The notes under the pieces were generated by a model. It made no database searches. It was given only the letters and a program-made list of their open reading frames with translations, and had not been told where the DNA came from. From Escherichia coli (lineage in GTDB: Bacteria > Pseudomonadota > Gammaproteobacteria > Enterobacterales > Enterobacteriaceae), in the NCBI RefSeq assembly GCF_051903065.1, contig NZ_CP178438.1: a stretch of DNA of 64,000 nt. The stretch is one strand, 5' to 3'. Both the position numbers and the translations under genes were made by a program. Below, one piece after another: positions 37,690-46,459 of the stretch; the first letter of the stretch is position 1; every line of letters begins with the position of its first letter.

Positions 37690-38105
37690 CGGATTATCAG
37701 CCATACAGGAAAGGAACTGTGCTTGCCCCAACTGGGCCATGCAATCATCTTCATGTGATTTGTAATGATCCTGTTTATTACCCCGTTAACGATTGTTATT
37801 GTGTTTTAGTTGTTAATATTTCTAGTATCAAGGATGGTGTCCCCCACGATCCGTCTTGCGTCTTGAATTCTGGTGATCATCGCTTTATCAAGCATCCAAG
37901 TTATGTTGTTTACGCTGAAGCTATAATTTGGCGAGTGGATAACATGGTTAGAAAGCAGCGATCGGGTGAGATTTCTGTTCATGATGATATGCCAGAAGCT
38001 ACATTCAATAGAATTCTGGACGGTTTTGATATCTCTGATGAAGTTACGCCAAAGAACCTTAAATTTAAAAATAAATATTGCGTATCATCTATTGATGATG
38101 AGTAA
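37686..38105 (+). CDS. Hypothetical 139-aa protein translationally coupled to the Panacea-like gene (candidate toxin/effector)
   Basis: ATGA start/stop overlap at 37686-37689; no family recognised; Cys/His cluster CNHLHVICND...DCYC. Confidence 0.5.
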   Translation: MTDYQPYRKGTVLAPTGPCNHLHVICNDPVYYPVNDCYCVLVVNISSIKDGVPHDPSCVLNSGDHRFIKHPSYVVYAEAIIWRVDNMVRKQRSGEISVHDDMPEATFNRILDGFDISDEVTPKNLKFKNKYCVSSIDDE

Positions 38106-38145
38106 ACAACAGGAATTGTTTCGGTATAACTTCAGGAGTTTTCTA

Positions 38146-38319
38146 TGGAAGATCAAAAAGCAACCAAGCCACAGGTTAAGTTCGACACAATGAAAGCATT
38201 CGCAGGTATGGGTGCTGCTGTTGAAGTTCTGATGAAGGCTGCTCCTAATGCGTTCACTCACGCTACTGTCTCTGGTAAAGAGCAGCAGGGTAAGCTTCGT
38301 CGTCGCAAAGCAGCATGAT
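38146..38319 (+). CDS. Small hypothetical protein (57 aa)
   Basis: ATG at 38146 (MEDQKATKPQVKFDTMKAFAGMGAAVEVLMKAAPNAFTHA...) ending just before a strong terminator; below the ORF-track size cutoff. Confidence 0.35.
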
Positions 38320-38337
38320 CATAGCTGGTGCTTTTTG

Positions 38338-38366
38338 AAAACCCGCCTTTAGGCGGGTTTTTTATT
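38338..38366. terminator. Rho-independent (possibly bidirectional) terminator
   Basis: aaaacccgcctttaggcgggttttttatt hairpin with flanking A and T runs, between convergent genes. Confidence 0.7.
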
Positions 38367-38647
38367 TAGTGATGTTCTTTGCCCTTCTGTTTGCTTGTTC
38401 TGACCTGTTCCCACTCGATACGTCCTTCTTCTCGTCTTTTGTCTATGTATTCCGCAAGATCCTGAATATTGATGCAACGTTTTGCTTTTTGTGATGTGCC
38501 GATGCGATATGTTGGAACGGGCAACTTACAAGCGTTTGCTTTTGCTTCTGCCGTGGCTGGACTCATGCCAAAGTACTTTTGGCTAACTGCTGAGAGTTCA
38601 ATGTTAGGGGTATTGAATTCAGCCATCAGTAAAAACAAGGTGTTCAT
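38366..38647 (-). CDS. Excisionase/PrtN-like small DNA-binding protein
   Basis: ORF 38366..38674; likely start at MNTLFLLMAEF (GGAG RBS); basic C-terminus; position at prophage end. Confidence 0.5.
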   Translation of the reverse strand: MNTLFLLMAEFNTPNIELSAVSQKYFGMSPATAEAKANACKLPVPTYRIGTSQKAKRCINIQDLAEYIDKRREEGRIEWEQVRTSKQKGKEHH

Positions 38648-38683
38648 AATTTTCTCCATCAAAACCGGCTGCACCCGGGAAAA

Positions 38684-39259
38684 TCATAATTCTGTGCTGG
38701 TGGCAGGAATTAATTTCTGCCAGATAGCGGAAACATATTTTGCCTGATGACGGGCATCAGCCAGGGCGTTGTGCCGTTCGCCATCGAAAGGCATGTCCAT
38801 TTTGGGGTCGAATCCGATGGAACGCCCAAGCGTAACGATCGTGCGTACATCGTGGTCATTCCAGTATGCCCACGGGCAGATTTGTCCTGCTCGCTCATAA
38901 GCTCCACGTAAAATTACGTTGTCGAAGGTGGCTCCGTTACCCCAGACTTTTAAATATTTCGTATTGTCTGCGTGCCGGTTAATGAAATGATTTAGTTCTG
39001 AGAGAGCATCGCTGATCGACAAAGTATCATCAATACAGATTGCAGCTCGTGCTTCAGGGCTTTGTTTCAACCACCACAGGATGGTATCGCCGTCAGGTGT
39101 AGCTCCTTGCCCCATAGCACTTTCCAGGCTAACAACCGTATAGAATTCTTGTCCGATGTCTCCGGTTTCTGGAGTGAAGAACACCGCGCCAATGGAAACG
39201 ATCGGTGCATCCTTATTTTTCCCCATCGTCTCAAGGTCGATCATTAAGTTGTTCATCAC
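38684..39259 (-). CDS. Phage 3'-5' exonuclease (DnaQ-like fold)
   Basis: 191-aa ORF MMNNLMIDLETMGKNKDAPIVSIGAVFF... with DxE exonuclease motif. Confidence 0.65.
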   Translation of the reverse strand: MMNNLMIDLETMGKNKDAPIVSIGAVFFTPETGDIGQEFYTVVSLESAMGQGATPDGDTILWWLKQSPEARAAICIDDTLSISDALSELNHFINRHADNTKYLKVWGNGATFDNVILRGAYERAGQICPWAYWNDHDVRTIVTLGRSIGFDPKMDMPFDGERHNALADARHQAKYVSAIWQKLIPATSTEL

Positions 39260-40065
39260 TTCACCTCTTGTGATGGTTTTGCTGCAAAATACTCGATACC
39301 TTTATCCCAGATAGATTTTATGGTCGACCACGTGACTGGCACTTTAATTTCAATACGTCCGCTCCCGTCACAGGTATCGCAATCATCATCGCCAAAGCAT
39401 TCCAGGCAGCTTATAAACGTAGTTTCTGAAAATTCACCGGATAGCGCCCCCTTAGCGCCGTTCTCGGCTGTTAGTCTCTTCGGCACCATAACCCAACCAT
39501 CCGGAGTTACCGGAGAGTTGCCAGACAGTGCGTTCTGCAATCGTTCCAGCTTAACGTATTCCTGAACCCTGTTTCCGTCGCACGCCTGAAGCCATTGCAC
39601 AGCCTTTTGCGCATCAGTGTGAAAGGCACAAGTGCGACCGTCATCAAATTGCATTTCGTAGAGGTCAGCAACCTGTTTAAACTGCGTTTGTGGCAACTTG
39701 TAAGCCTGGCTTGCAGGTACGGCACCATAGAGCATGGCAGCGCGGCAGGCGTTCCAGCCTTCATCAAAACCGACTATGCCATTATTTAAAGACGGACGAG
39801 CATCTGGCACCACCGGCACTGGCTTGGCTATATATAGCGGCTGAACATACCAGCCCTTTGATAACCAACTGTCAGCAATGTTTTTACTCCTGGTTATTGC
39901 CGGAATACCTAAGCCATTGTCTGAATGCAGCCATGCCACCGGATCCTCTTCCAGCGATGCCAGAGCAATTTCATAAGCACGGCGCTCAACATTGTCTCGC
40001 ACGTCCATGCTGCTGATTCGTTCTTTGATTTCTTTAATCAGTTCTTTATCGGTAAATGTGGTCAT
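39256..40065 (-). CDS. Hypothetical phage early protein with C-terminal CxxCxGxG zinc-finger-like motif
   Basis: 269-aa ORF; C-terminal CLECFGDDDCDTCDGSGRIE. Confidence 0.5.
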   Translation of the reverse strand: MTTFTDKELIKEIKERISSMDVRDNVERRAYEIALASLEEDPVAWLHSDNGLGIPAITRSKNIADSWLSKGWYVQPLYIAKPVPVVPDARPSLNNGIVGFDEGWNACRAAMLYGAVPASQAYKLPQTQFKQVADLYEMQFDDGRTCAFHTDAQKAVQWLQACDGNRVQEYVKLERLQNALSGNSPVTPDGWVMVPKRLTAENGAKGALSGEFSETTFISCLECFGDDDCDTCDGSGRIEIKVPVTWSTIKSIWDKGIEYFAAKPSQEVK

Positions 40066-40427
40066 TATGCTCCAGCCTCCGGTGCTTTTGGCATTACTGC
40101 CCAGTGAGTGATGTTGACGTTTTCAAGGTCCCCGACCTGAAATGTCCACTGCCATTCTCCGGTTTCTTTTTGCCCCCATGTATACCAGAGAGAACGCCAG
40201 CCAATCAGCCAGCCTTCTCCATTAGCATCAAATAACAGAACACTTTCATTCGCTGGCGGCAGTTCAGCTGACACTGGTATTACTTTGTTTTCCAGTGCTG
40301 CACATTTAGCTTCAAGCGCATCAAATTTACGCACCAGGTATTCAGCATCCGTTTCATTCACTTTCAGATCTCGCGGTACACATTTCCCGCGAAGAAATCC
40401 TTCCATTTCGAAAACATTCATGCGCAT
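40065..40427 (-). CDS. DUF551-like phage protein
   Basis: 120-aa ORF; C-terminal GEGWLIGWRSLWYTWGQKETGEWQWT...HWAVMP resembles DUF551. Confidence 0.5.
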   Translation of the reverse strand: MRMNVFEMEGFLRGKCVPRDLKVNETDAEYLVRKFDALEAKCAALENKVIPVSAELPPANESVLLFDANGEGWLIGWRSLWYTWGQKETGEWQWTFQVGDLENVNITHWAVMPKAPEAGA

Positions 40428-40981
40428 TTGCGTAACTCCGATAATTCGTTAAAGCGTTCCATAAACATCCCGTAGGCATGGCCTGGAGCCAGTGGAATCA
40501 CGTTGAACATCTCTGTTGCCGGGATACCTTCCAGTACAGGCCAGAAAGAGCCATCATCAAGCCCGAGATCGCGGCGTTCGGTTGCCAGCATGATGAGATC
40601 GGCATATTTCACGGGCGTACTCATAACCGGTGGTAACCCGTATTTCTCACGGATTACGGCGTCTATTTTTTCTTCCATCCGTTTATAGTCAGGAAGAAGG
40701 CGTTTCAGTGGTGCGGGAATGTCCTGGCAATACGCTTCTGTTGCATCATGCATTAACGCTTCAAAAGCAAATTCCTGCGGCACCAGCTGGCTGCAAAGAA
40801 CCGCATGTTGGGCGACGCTGTAGAAGTGCGAAAGATGACCGGCAAAGCGACAGATATTTGAAAGGGAAACCGCGATATCGTTAATATCGATGTCGTCTTT
40901 ATTTATCCTGTCATAATAAAAATGCTTCCCAGAAAAAGTTTTGATAAATGACATTTTGTTCTCCACGTATATGCGCTGCAC
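40418..40981 (-). CDS. HD-domain phosphohydrolase (5'-nucleotidase-like)
   Basis: 187-aa ORF with H...HD metal-binding pattern (AQHAVLCS...MHDATEAYCQDI). Confidence 0.6.
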   Translation of the reverse strand: MQRIYVENKMSFIKTFSGKHFYYDRINKDDIDINDIAVSLSNICRFAGHLSHFYSVAQHAVLCSQLVPQEFAFEALMHDATEAYCQDIPAPLKRLLPDYKRMEEKIDAVIREKYGLPPVMSTPVKYADLIMLATERRDLGLDDGSFWPVLEGIPATEMFNVIPLAPGHAYGMFMERFNELSELRKCA

Positions 40982-41081
40982 CGCGCTGAATTCTGGTAAA
41001 AAGAATCCCTCACCATCCGGTGATTATTGAGTAAATTACGTTTCCATAAATGCCCCCGCAGGGGCATTTGCAGTAATGAAA

Positions 41082-41906
41082 TCAGGCGGTGAAAGTACCA
41101 ATAAAGGTTTCTACTTTGCTGTCCTTGAATTTCTCAACAAGCAGATCACGAAATTCGTTAGCCATTTCTTCCTGCACCGCCTCCAGCTGAATAATGCGCA
41201 GAACCAGTACAGGACGATCGCCAGTGATAATGCTGAGGCGTAATTTAAACGGACGTTCTTTCAGACCTTCAAACGGAACGCATTTAAATTCAAATGCCAC
41301 TGGCATAATGTCTTTGGTCTTCGCTTCGACAGACTCCATCAGGGAGCGTTTGCCGCTGAAGTCATTGTCTTCAAAATCAGCGGTCTGGTTCGCTTCAATT
41401 GTGATTTTACGGATCGCCGCAGCCGCTTTGGTTGCCTGAATGGCGTCACCATTAGCATCAAAGCCCACAAGGTAGTCTGCCCAGTCTTCAATCCATTCTG
41501 CCAGTGACTTCTGGGAGTTACGCTCGCCATTAACAGACAACAGAGCAGAGAACGGTGCTGTCTTTTTCAGTTTGAGAGTGGCGGTGTTATCTGCGTGACC
41601 TGGTTCATCAATAGTACCCAGGTTAAGCACACTGACGGCTCGCATATTATCGGCATCGATAAAGCAGCGGGTGCCTTCATCTGCAAGATCTTTAGAATAA
41701 CGGGTAAAGTCATCGATGCTGGCAGTGGAAAGTGCACCACGGAAACGGAAACGATTTAAATTAAATTTTTCCAGATCATGAATGCGGAAATTCTCAGGCA
41801 ATGCCACAGCATCGGCACCAATCTTACTGATAATTTCATTAACACCCTGAGCAGAAATAAGGGCATGGATTTGATTAATTGCGGTTGAGTCTAAGTTCTG
41901 AGACAT
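41082..41906 (-). CDS. DUF2303 (YfdQ-like) prophage protein
   Basis: 274-aa ORF resembling YfdQ-family prophage proteins by eye. Confidence 0.5.
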   Translation of the reverse strand: MSQNLDSTAINQIHALISAQGVNEIISKIGADAVALPENFRIHDLEKFNLNRFRFRGALSTASIDDFTRYSKDLADEGTRCFIDADNMRAVSVLNLGTIDEPGHADNTATLKLKKTAPFSALLSVNGERNSQKSLAEWIEDWADYLVGFDANGDAIQATKAAAAIRKITIEANQTADFEDNDFSGKRSLMESVEAKTKDIMPVAFEFKCVPFEGLKERPFKLRLSIITGDRPVLVLRIIQLEAVQEEMANEFRDLLVEKFKDSKVETFIGTFTA

Positions 41907-41971
41907 AATAAGTCCTCACTATATTAAGATATTCAGTGATGAGATAAATAATCAGTTAATTAAGAACGATA

Positions 41972-42323
41972 TTAATGACCTGCTGCGCGGAGTTTTCCGT
42001 CAGGTTCACCGGCAAGAGTCAGTAATTGTCCCTGGTCTTCCTGCAGAATAGTCAGGCGACCACCGCGATTGACATACATCGGCGTTTCGGTGGTGTCTTC
42101 TTCGGAAATTTTCCCGCGGTTAGTCGGGCGAACATATGAGAGTTTGTGTTTGATTTTCACACGGTTCTCATCAAATGGTTCGATTTCCAGGTTGAGTGAG
42201 ACCTTACCTTTGGTTTTCGTGTTCATCACACCGGAAGCGACTTCACTGAGAACTGCGCCGATTTTGGTTTCAAATACGCCGCCGTCCAGCTCCCCGATAA
42301 ATTCCTGCACGTTGGTACTGCGT
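41972..42323 (-). CDS. Hypothetical phage early protein (117 aa)
   Basis: ORF 41972..42565 in track; start placed at MASERSTNVQEF with GAGGAG RBS; upstream part of the long ORF looks non-coding (palindromes). Confidence 0.5.
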
Positions 42324-42942
42324 TCGCTAGCCATTTTGCTGCTCCTCATCATATCGACCCTGCAAGGTCGGTTGGTTTCTCCACAAAACAGAGAAGAACA
42401 CCTGCGGTGGTAGCCGCCCGGATGGATTGGGTTATGAGCCCGTCGTCCGGTGATGCTCTTCTCTGTTTTGTAAAAAGAGCGGTACCAGCCGGAAGCAAGT
42501 GTACAAACTGGTACCGCCAAAGCAGTGGCTGTTGTGGTGGGGTTGTCACTCAGGCGTATGGTCAACCTGACAATCCGGTGTCCTCAACGGGGAAAGAGTA
42601 ACCCCGCCATACTTACCGCCGCGCCATTTCGCGGATTACCACAACGCTGAGAGCACTTAGCCAGTTACGGCACCACACTTTGTCGAGGTTCCATAAATGC
42701 CCTCATCGTTGCACCCTGGTCTCTTCCCAGGCGTCAAACCGAATCGCCACGCTGGTTAGGCGTCTTATCAGCATCCTCATTGACTTGCACATTCCGGCTA
42801 CCTGGTTTGTTTGCCCGAGCAAGGAGTGGATTGTCCCCTTTAACGTCCCCAGACCGCTAACGACGCATGTGCCATACGCCGTGTTACAACCAAATTTTGT
42901 CAGGACCTTGTTTGTTGGTCTGGAAAGAAAGATAAAATGAAA

Positions 42943-42980
42943 TTGCGTAACGTGCAAGTATTTTATTGCGAGATATGCAA
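42943..42980. promoter_or_regulatory. Candidate leftward operator pair (TTGCG-N5-GCAA)
   Basis: ttgcgtaacgtgcaa (42943-42957) and ttgcgagatatgcaa (42966-42980). Confidence 0.45.
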
Positions 42981-42989
42981 TAGTGTGAG

Positions 42990-43016
42990 TAATGAAAAGC
43001 CACCTTCTGGTGGCTA
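42990..43016 (-). terminator. Hairpin terminator downstream of repressor gene
   Basis: gccaccttctggtggc hairpin; on minus strand followed by TTTTCATT. Confidence 0.5.
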
Positions 43017-43036
43017 ATTGATGTTGAGGTAGGGGG

Positions 43037-43729
43037 TTAATTGTGTCGCTTAAGGGTTTGTGACTGACTGATTAAGACCTTTCCAAAGACCATAAACCGG
43101 TGTTCGTTTTCGCTGGTAATTCCCCATTCGCGGTAAATCTGATTATCAGAAATTACCAGCAGTTTATCAGGTATCATTTGCAGTCGTTTGACGTAAATTT
43201 TATCATCAAAACCAAATACATATATACCATCCCCATCAAACTGATTGATACTGATATCAACGAAGATGAGATCTCCTGGCTCAATGGTTGGACACATACT
43301 GTCCCCACGAACGTTGATAACTTTAATGTGATTTGCTGGTCGTCCACCAAACATCGATACAGCATTATCAGTTCTGTATTCAATGGCATGAATCACATCA
43401 ATGACATCACCGCCCTGGATAAGGCCATTTCCCGCACTGGCACTGACATCCAGCATTTCAATACGGAATACATCCTTCACCTGCGCAACATCCTCACTAA
43501 TACTGTTTTTACATACAGTATTACTTTTGAGGTCTGAGGTAAAGAGATCAGCAATATCAACACCTAAGCTCCTGGCAATATTACTCAGGGCTTGTTCAGT
43601 GAATTGTTTCTGCTTACCTGTTTCGAGGCGCGAGATATTCGCCGCATCCACTCCTATTGCTTCAGCGAGATCGGCGATTTTCATGTTCTTCGCCTGGCGA
43701 AGTTGTCTGACTCGATTTCCTATGTTCAT
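43037..43729 (-). CDS. CI-like phage repressor (HTH-XRE plus S24 peptidase domain)
   Basis: 230-aa ORF MNIGNRVRQLRQAKNMKIADLAEAIGVDAANISRLETGK...; C-terminal RGDSMCPTI and KRL (Ser/Lys dyad). Confidence 0.85.
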   Translation of the reverse strand: MNIGNRVRQLRQAKNMKIADLAEAIGVDAANISRLETGKQKQFTEQALSNIARSLGVDIADLFTSDLKSNTVCKNSISEDVAQVKDVFRIEMLDVSASAGNGLIQGGDVIDVIHAIEYRTDNAVSMFGGRPANHIKVINVRGDSMCPTIEPGDLIFVDISINQFDGDGIYVFGFDDKIYVKRLQMIPDKLLVISDNQIYREWGITSENEHRFMVFGKVLISQSQTLKRHN

Positions 43730-43826
43730 GCGTTTATTACATTTCTTTATTGCGCGTTAAGCAAATCAACTTGCGCAAAATATTTGCGTGAAATAATATG
43801 CTCATCACGCAATATGTGGAGGTTAT
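43730..43826. promoter_or_regulatory. Repressor/Cro divergent promoter-operator region
   Basis: ttgcgcgttaagcaa (43750-43764), palindrome TTGCGCAA (43771-43778), and TTGCGTGA-N13-TCACGCAA (43785-43813). Confidence 0.6.
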
Positions 43827-44087
43827 ATGCAATCACCATTACGGAATGTGCGTAAGGCGCACGGATTTACTTTGCAGCATGTTGCTGCGGGCGTTCAGGT
43901 CAATCCAGCGACGCTGAGTCGTATTGAAAGACTGGAACAAATTCCATCTATCGATCTTGCAGAACGTCTGGCCAATTTTTTTAAGGGTGAAATCAGCGAA
44001 ATGCAGATTCTTTATCCGGCACGTTTTCAATCTAGCCAAAACCAGAATGGGTTTAAACCACAGGAACAGGAGGTAAGCCGTGGGTAA
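43827..44087 (+). CDS. Cro-like HTH regulator
   Basis: 86-aa ORF with GGAGG RBS; HTH FTLQHVAAGVQVNPATLSRIERLEQIPSIDLAERLANFF. Confidence 0.75.
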   Translation: MQSPLRNVRKAHGFTLQHVAAGVQVNPATLSRIERLEQIPSIDLAERLANFFKGEISEMQILYPARFQSSQNQNGFKPQEQEVSRG

Positions 44088-44631
44088 GCATCATTGGAAA
44101 GTGGAAAAACAACCTGAGTGGTACGTGAAAGCTGTCAGAAAAACTATCGCGGCATTGCCAGGGGGTTACGCTGAAGCTGCTGACTGGCTGGATGTAACAG
44201 AGAACGCTTTATTCAACCGCCTTCGTGCAGATGGCGATCAGATTTTCCCGTTGGGATGGGCAATGGTTTTACAGCGTGCTGCTGGCAATCACCACATTGC
44301 GGATGCTGTCGCACAGTCTGCTGGTGGGGTGTTTGTATCACTTCCTGAAATTGAGGAAGTAGAGAACGCCGATATCAACCAGCGCCTGCTGGAGGTCATT
44401 GAACAGATCGGCAGTTATTCCAGACAGATTCGTTCAGCAATTGAAGACGGGGTGGTGGAACCACACGAGCAGGCAGCAATTAACGACGAGCTGTACATGT
44501 CAATTTCGAAGCTGCAGGAGCATGCAGCACTGGTCTACAAAATCTTTTGCGCTCCAGAAAAGAGTGACGCCCGCGAGTGTGCAGCTCCGGGCGCCGTGGC
44601 GTTTTGTGTCTGTGGAGAAACTAACGCATGA
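44080..44631 (+). CDS. CII-position regulatory protein (possibly YdaT-like)
   Basis: 183-aa ORF, GTG start with AGGAGG RBS, overlapping cro stop; family uncertain. Confidence 0.4.
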   Translation: MGKHHWKVEKQPEWYVKAVRKTIAALPGGYAEAADWLDVTENALFNRLRADGDQIFPLGWAMVLQRAAGNHHIADAVAQSAGGVFVSLPEIEEVENADINQRLLEVIEQIGSYSRQIRSAIEDGVVEPHEQAAINDELYMSISKLQEHAALVYKIFCAPEKSDARECAAPGAVAFCVCGETNA

Positions 44632-44966
44632 ACAGTTTAACAACACACTACCGTCGCTCGCAACTGATTGCGCTTCCTGTACCGGGTGGAAAAGCGAAGG
44701 TGGAGTATTGCTATGCAGTGAATGTACCAGGTGACAGGGAAATTGTAACCCACAGCTTTGCAGAGTGGGCTGTGGGTGATTTCAACCGGCAGAAGGAGAC
44801 AGTCCTTTGCGACAAGTTAACCGCTGGTTCAAAGATCACTACGGAGTGCCCGTCAGAGTCATTCGTTGGGAGCCGGAAACACAACGGGTTATCTACCTCC
44901 GTGAAGGCTATGAACATGAATGCTTCAGTCCGCTCGAACAGTTTCGTCGTAAATTCAGGGAAATAG
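44628..44966 (+). CDS. Hypothetical protein (112 aa), overlapped by an alternative-frame small ORF
   Basis: ORF from track; ATGA coupling to preceding gene; no family recognised. Confidence 0.3.
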   Translation: MNSLTTHYRRSQLIALPVPGGKAKVEYCYAVNVPGDREIVTHSFAEWAVGDFNRQKETVLCDKLTAGSKITTECPSESFVGSRKHNGLSTSVKAMNMNASVRSNSFVVNSGK

Positions 44967-45019
44967 AGGTCGGTCATGAGCCTGTTAATGACATCCCAGC
45001 CCATTGTGATAAATCGTGA
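44807..45019 (+). CDS. Hypothetical small protein (70 aa), TTG start
   Basis: TTG at 44807 preceded by GAAGGAG; overlaps the previous ORF in another frame. Confidence 0.3.
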   Translation: MRQVNRWFKDHYGVPVRVIRWEPETQRVIYLREGYEHECFSPLEQFRRKFREIEVGHEPVNDIPAHCDKS

Positions 45020-45968
45020 TCTTGCATGCCGTATTGGTCTGAATGAGGCAATTGTGTTGCAGCAGCTTCATTACTGGCTGAATGAAACGAATTCAGGCAC
45101 TGAGCATGGCGGAATTCGCTGGGTTTATAACACGACAGAACAGTGGCTGGAGCAGTTTCCGTTCTGGTCAGAGTCCACTCTGAAACGCACATTTGCAAGC
45201 CTGAAATCACTTGGGGTTTTGCGTCGCGAGCAACTCAATAAATCGAAGCGTGACATGACCAACTTCTACACGATCAACTATGAAAGTGAGCTTTTAGAAG
45301 AGGTCAAAGTGAACGAATCGATCAGGTCAAAATGCACTTCTCCATCGGGTCAAAGTGACCTGATGGATGGGCGCAAAATGACACGATCCATTGGTTCAAA
45401 ACGACACGCTGTCATCGGGTCAAAATGGCCCAATGATCTTACAGAGAATACAACAGAGATTACTACAGAGAATAAAACCTCTTCTCGTCCGGACGCTTCG
45501 CAACCGGACACGCAAACGGCTGAACAGGAGTTTTTAACTCGCCATCCTGATGCGGTTGTATTCAGCCCTAAAAAGCGCCAGTGGGGAACGCAGGATGATT
45601 TGACCTGCGCACAGTGGCTCTGGAAAAAAATCATCGCCCTGTACGAGCAGGCCGCCGAATGTGACGGCGAGGTGGTTCGTCCCAAAGAACCGAACTGGAC
45701 AGCCTGGGCAAACGAAATTCGCCTGATGTGTGTGCAGGATGGTCGTACTCACAAACAAATCTGCGAGATGTACAGCCGCGTCAGCCGCGATCCGTTCTGG
45801 TGCCGTAACGTGCTCAGCCCGTCGAAGTTGCGGGAAAAATGGGATGAGCTTTCCCTGCGCTTATCGCCGTCCGTCAGCACGCACACAGAAAAACGTGAAG
45901 ACCCGTACTTCAAAGCCAGTTACGACAACGTGGACTACAGCCAGATCCCGGCAGGATTCAGGGGGTGA
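44976..45968 (+). CDS. Phage replication initiation protein (O-like N-terminus)
   Basis: 330-aa ORF in the replication position after cro/cII; assignment by position and composition. Confidence 0.5.
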   Translation: MSLLMTSQPIVINRDLACRIGLNEAIVLQQLHYWLNETNSGTEHGGIRWVYNTTEQWLEQFPFWSESTLKRTFASLKSLGVLRREQLNKSKRDMTNFYTINYESELLEEVKVNESIRSKCTSPSGQSDLMDGRKMTRSIGSKRHAVIGSKWPNDLTENTTEITTENKTSSRPDASQPDTQTAEQEFLTRHPDAVVFSPKKRQWGTQDDLTCAQWLWKKIIALYEQAAECDGEVVRPKEPNWTAWANEIRLMCVQDGRTHKQICEMYSRVSRDPFWCRNVLSPSKLREKWDELSLRLSPSVSTHTEKREDPYFKASYDNVDYSQIPAGFRG

Positions 45969-46459
45969 TCATGAGTCTTTTGAATGAAGTTCAGAAATTC
46001 ATTGAAGCCCATCCGGGGTGTACTTCCGGAGACATTGCGGATGCTTTTGCAGGTTACTCACGGCAGCGCGTTCTGCAGTCAGCAAGCAAGTTACGTCAGA
46101 GTGGGCGTGTGGCTCACCGTTGTGAAGGAGATACACGCAGACATTTCCCACGCCTGACTGAGAGAGCGCAGGAGCCGGAACCACAACCAGTTCGTGAAAC
46201 CAGACCTGTGCGCAATTTCTATGTCGGCACTAACGATCCCCGGGTGATTTTGTGCCTGACCCGCCAGGCGGAAGAACTGGAGTCCAGGGGCCTATACCGT
46301 CGTGCTGCAACGGTGTGGATGGCGGCATTCCGTGAAAGCCACTCCCAGCCAGAACGAAACAATTTTCTGGTGCGTCGTGAGCAGTGTTTACGGAAAAGCA
46401 GCAAGCGCGCTGTATCGGGTGATGAGTGGTATCTGTCAGGGAATTACGTGGGGGCTTAA
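45965..46459 (+). CDS. PerC-like transcriptional activator homolog
   Basis: 164-aa ORF; segment LESRGLYRRAATVWMAAF resembles the PerC/Pch core from memory. Confidence 0.35.
   Translation: MIMSLLNEVQKFIEAHPGCTSGDIADAFAGYSRQRVLQSASKLRQSGRVAHRCEGDTRRHFPRLTERAQEPEPQPVRETRPVRNFYVGTNDPRVILCLTRQAEELESRGLYRRAATVWMAAFRESHSQPERNNFLVRREQCLRKSSKRAVSGDEWYLSGNYVGA

Noticed and set aside
36400-38360. Integrase gene expected next to the att site and xis-like gene
   Set aside because: No ORF with a tyrosine-recombinase motif is present at the left end; the integrase is presumably at the right end, outside the window.
41972-42565. 197-aa version of the first leftward early gene
   Set aside because: The N-terminal about 80 codons run through palindromic, probably non-coding sequence; a GAGGAG RBS precedes the internal ATG at 42323, so the shorter 117-aa gene was annotated.
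42680-42957. Overlapping 86-aa (plus) and 84-aa (minus) ORFs left of the repressor gene
   Set aside because: No RBS, atypical composition, and they overlap putative operators; treated as non-coding.
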